Shown: one piece after another, positions 42,961-44,891 of the stretch
Layout of the letters: the number at the start of each line of letters is the position of its first letter
How positions within the stretch are numbered: the first letter of the stretch is position 1
Assembly: GCA_045586045.1 (NCBI GenBank)
Contig: JAZMZQ010000088.1
Coordinates: 1 to 44,891 of the forward strand
DNA: 44,891 nucleotides
Source: Eubacteriales bacterium
GTDB taxonomy: Bacteria > Bacillota > Clostridia > Oscillospirales > QAKW01
Direction of reading: 5' to 3'
Notes under the pieces: model-generated
Seen by the model: the letters and a program-made list of their open reading frames with translations, nothing else
Databases searched by the model: none
Told to the model about the DNA's origin: nothing
Position numbers and translations under genes: made by a program

Positions 42961-44094
42961 TTATTCTGCTGCGGAGAGCATATTCTCAATAAAAATGCCG
43001 TAGCCGCGGGTGGGGTCGCTGATCAAGACGTGGGTTACCGCGCCGACGATTTTGCCATCCTGCAAAATCGGGCTGCCGCTCATGCCCTGCACAATGCCGC
43101 CCGTTGCGGCCAGAAGATCGGGGTCGGTAACCTCGATGGAGAGATTTTTATATTCCGATAAGTTATTATTGACTTTGGTTATACGAATTGTATAGGATTT
43201 CGGGGTATCTCCCTCTAAGGTGCAGAGGATTTGGGCCTCTCCCTCTTGGATTTCGTCCTTGAGCGCGATGGGGTAGGCTACCCCTTCAAAAGAGCGTTTG
43301 GCTTTGCCGAAAAGGCCTGCACCGCAGTTTTTCTCTACCGAGGCCAAGGTCTCTTTTTCCAAGGCGCCCAAAAGCTCGCCGGGGGCATCCTTTTCTCCCG
43401 CTTTGATGCCGGTAATGCGTGCATCTACCATGGTGCCGCTATGGACCGGCATGGTCAGGCCGGTATCTACGTCGGAGATGGAATGGCCAAGGCCCGCAAG
43501 GGAGCCGGTTTCGGGGTCGTAATAGGTGAGGGTGCCGAGGCCGGCGGTGCTATCCCGCACCCAAAGGCCGATGGAATAATTTCCGTCCCGCAGGAAGGGA
43601 GTAACCCAAACAGTTTGTTCTCGTTGGTTGCGGAGAATCTCTGCCCGCTGCTTTTTGCCGCGGCAGCGCTGCACCTGCTCTCTGAGCTCTTGATTGGAGC
43701 GAACCTCAACACCGTTATAGGAGAGGATAATATCGCCCACCTGAATACCGGCATCCACGCCGGCGCTTTCCTTTTCTGCATCGACTACAATGACACCCTT
43801 GGTATAAAGCTTGATCCCAAAAGGGGTCCCCAGTGCCACCAATTGCTTTTCTGCAATTTCCCGAATGGTGGCGTCTTTAATAGGAAGCAGGCCGAAAAGC
43901 TTGATCTTGGCGGTATAGGAATCCTCCAAAGCATCTTTTTGATCGGCCTCAAAGGTATAAAAAACAGAGGATTCCGGCAGTTGGTCGGGATAACAATGAT
44001 AGGTAGAGGGAATCTTTTGGATTCCATATCCTAAAAGAGCTGCCATCAGCCCGATCCCGACGATCAGACGAATGGCTTTGAACCATTTTTTCAT
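42961..44094 (-). CDS. spoIVB: SpoIVB peptidase (S55, PDZ + serine protease)
   Basis: TM start MKKWFKAIRLIVGIGLMAALLG, PDZ region (AGIQVGDIILSYNGVEV), LGHSISD and [24 protein letters not shown] catalytic Ser block. ATG 44094; the track's 44328 start runs through a repeat region. Confidence 0.9.
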   Translation of the reverse strand: MKKWFKAIRLIVGIGLMAALLGYGIQKIPSTYHCYPDQLPESSVFYTFEADQKDALEDSYTAKIKLFGLLPIKDATIREIAEKQLVALGTPFGIKLYTKGVIVVDAEKESAGVDAGIQVGDIILSYNGVEVRSNQELREQVQRCRGKKQRAEILRNQREQTVWVTPFLRDGNYSIGLWVRDSTAGLGTLTYYDPETGSLAGLGHSISDVDTGLTMPVHSGTMVDARITGIKAGEKDAPGELLGALEKETLASVEKNCGAGLFGKAKRSFEGVAYPIALKDEIQEGEAQILCTLEGDTPKSYTIRITKVNNNLSEYKNLSIEVTDPDLLAATGGIVQGMSGSPILQDGKIVGAVTHVLISDPTRGYGIFIENMLSAAE

Positions 44095-44184
44095 CTTAAA
44101 AAACAACCTTTCGACGATTATTTTTTGCGTCGATGAAAAAAAGATACCAAGCAAAAAGAGTGAAAATTTCCAATTTTTTCTTTT

Positions 44185-44279
44185 CAACACAAATGATTTG
44201 TGTTGAAAAGAAGAGGCTTGGGAGTACAAATGATTTGTGTTGAAAAGAAAAGGCTTGGGAATACAAATGATTTGTGTTG
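44185..44279. repeat. 37-bp tandem repeat (about 2.5 units), each unit carrying an ACAAAT-g-ATTTGT palindrome, upstream of spoIVB
   Basis: ACAAATGATTTGTGTTG starts at 44189, 44226 and 44263. The first copy extends to the 21-bp palindrome CAACACAAATGATTTGTGTTG. Confidence 0.9.
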
Positions 44280-44292
44280 GATGAGGTAAAAG

Positions 44293-44339
44293 AAAAAAGG
44301 AGCGGTAAAAAATCCTGAGATTTTTCACCGCTCCTTTTC
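44293..44339 (-). terminator. Terminator of the upstream hypothetical gene
   Basis: GGAGCGGTAAAAAAT cctgag ATTTTTCACCGCTCC (one mismatch) flanked by A/T runs, directly after the stop at 44341. Confidence 0.75.
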
Positions 44340-44340
44340 T

Positions 44341-44891
44341 TTACTTTAAGAAGGGATTTTCGGCAGAGCAGCGCTCTAAAATGACAGTGGAGAACAGTTT
44401 TTTTGCAAGGGCCTCATCAATAGGCTGCTCGCTTTTGGGAGCGGAGAGGGTAACTGTTACCCGATCCTTGCCGAAGGTATAGGTGAGGATATTCTCTGCC
44501 ACTTCCCGCTTGGGGGTTTCCTTGCGGATGGCGGCGGTATAATCGCCGACCTCCATGGCAGTGGCGGGAAGGGCGGCATCCACCTTAAATTCCAAAAGAT
44601 AAAGGGTCTTTTGATATTCAAAGCGGAAGGAATAGGAATAATCGCCGCTTTGGGGGTAGAGATAGAGGCAGCGGAAGATTGCGTCGTCCGGCAGGCGGGC
44701 GGGCAGAAGAAGCAGCGGGCGGGCATTATAATAGCTTTTGCCATAGCCTGCCGCCGATCTTTGCTCAATTGCCGCCACAAACTCCGAAAGGGAGGGGAAG
44801 GTTACGCAACTGCTGTTATTGATGATCTCCGGCGGGAGCGGATCCACTTCATTGGGTGCGGTGGAAGGGGGCTCTTGCTTTGAAGTCGGAG
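44341..44891 (-). CDS. Hypothetical protein, C-terminal part; the reading frame stays open to the right edge
   Basis: The track starts it at GTG 44847, but the frame continues (…PTSKQEPPSTAPNEVDPLPPEII…) to 44891 with no stop, so the true start is probably outside the window. Confidence 0.5.
   Translation of the reverse strand, partial: PTSKQEPPSTAPNEVDPLPPEIINNSSCVTFPSLSEFVAAIEQRSAAGYGKSYYNARPLLLLPARLPDDAIFRCLYLYPQSGDYSYSFRFEYQKTLYLLEFKVDAALPATAMEVGDYTAAIRKETPKREVAENILTYTFGKDRVTVTLSAPKSEQPIDEALAKKLFSTVILERCSAENPFLK

Noticed and set aside
44110-44137. Short inverted repeat TCGACG...CGTCGA just upstream of the spoIVB start, as a possible regulatory hairpin
   Set aside because: The arms are only 6 bp with an A/T spacer, and it overlaps the likely RBS/promoter region. 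It is too weak to separate from chance.
42961-44328. Full 455-aa version of SpoIVB starting at 44328
   Set aside because: The first 78 codons translate the 37-bp tandem repeat and an A/T-rich spacer. The TM-anchored MKKWFKAIRL... start at 44094 matches the expected SpoIVB architecture.
33857-44891. Intact integrative element or prophage at spoIVB
   Set aside because: No integrase, excisionase, transposase, relaxase or phage structural ORF occurs in any frame. I therefore report only remnants and cassettes, not a mobile_element feature.

Overview
A 44.9-kb chromosomal window that looks like a spore-forming, Clostridia-class Firmicute (inferred from spoIVB, a GlnRS, a bile-salt-hydrolase-type gene, a sortase-type giant adhesin and many carbohydrate genes). 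About 37 protein genes can be supported.

Gene content, left to right:
- a truncated choloylglycine hydrolase;
- an XRE-HTH::GpsA fusion, a second GpsA-like dehydrogenase and a DeoR regulator;
- an AT-rich islet with a minus-strand operon (unknown 169-aa protein, unknown soluble protein 'A1', 2-TM coiled-coil Cys-tailed protein 'B1'), divergent from an operon of an HTH protein, a zinc-ribbon-TM-(PD/PE)n-LRR protein and an atypical Ser/Thr kinase;
- glnS; a metallophosphoesterase; a PocR-AraC regulator with a transporter and a GHL-like protein; a CapA-like protein;
- a 2161-aa vWA/isopeptide-domain surface protein; a LuxR-type regulator;
- a sugar cluster (SGNH hydrolase, GH78-like, unknown, two Zn-ADHs, ROK kinase, RpiB, AraC);
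- spoIVB, preceded by roughly 9 kb of inserted cargo.

Main observations:
1. The last 120-150 nt of spoIVB occur four times: the live gene end plus three decaying remnants. They split 33.9-43.0 kb into three single-operon cassettes: a murQ operon, an XRE + A2/B2 module, and a Fic/VbhA toxin-antitoxin pair. No recombinase gene is visible.
2. The uncharacterised A/B gene pair appears twice (3.9-6.7 kb and 40.0-42.0 kb). Both times the two genes overlap and lie divergent from an HTH gene. This is my best candidate for an undescribed system.
3. A modular intergenic repeat family includes a ~140-nt structured unit whose two copies differ by base-pair-preserving substitutions.
4. Two enzymes (GpsA-like, BadF/MurK-like kinase) carry N-terminal XRE HTH domains. 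One of them has a perfect 30-bp palindrome upstream.

All identities and GC statements are hand or eye estimates, not computed. No CRISPR array, rRNA gene or intact tRNA gene was seen.
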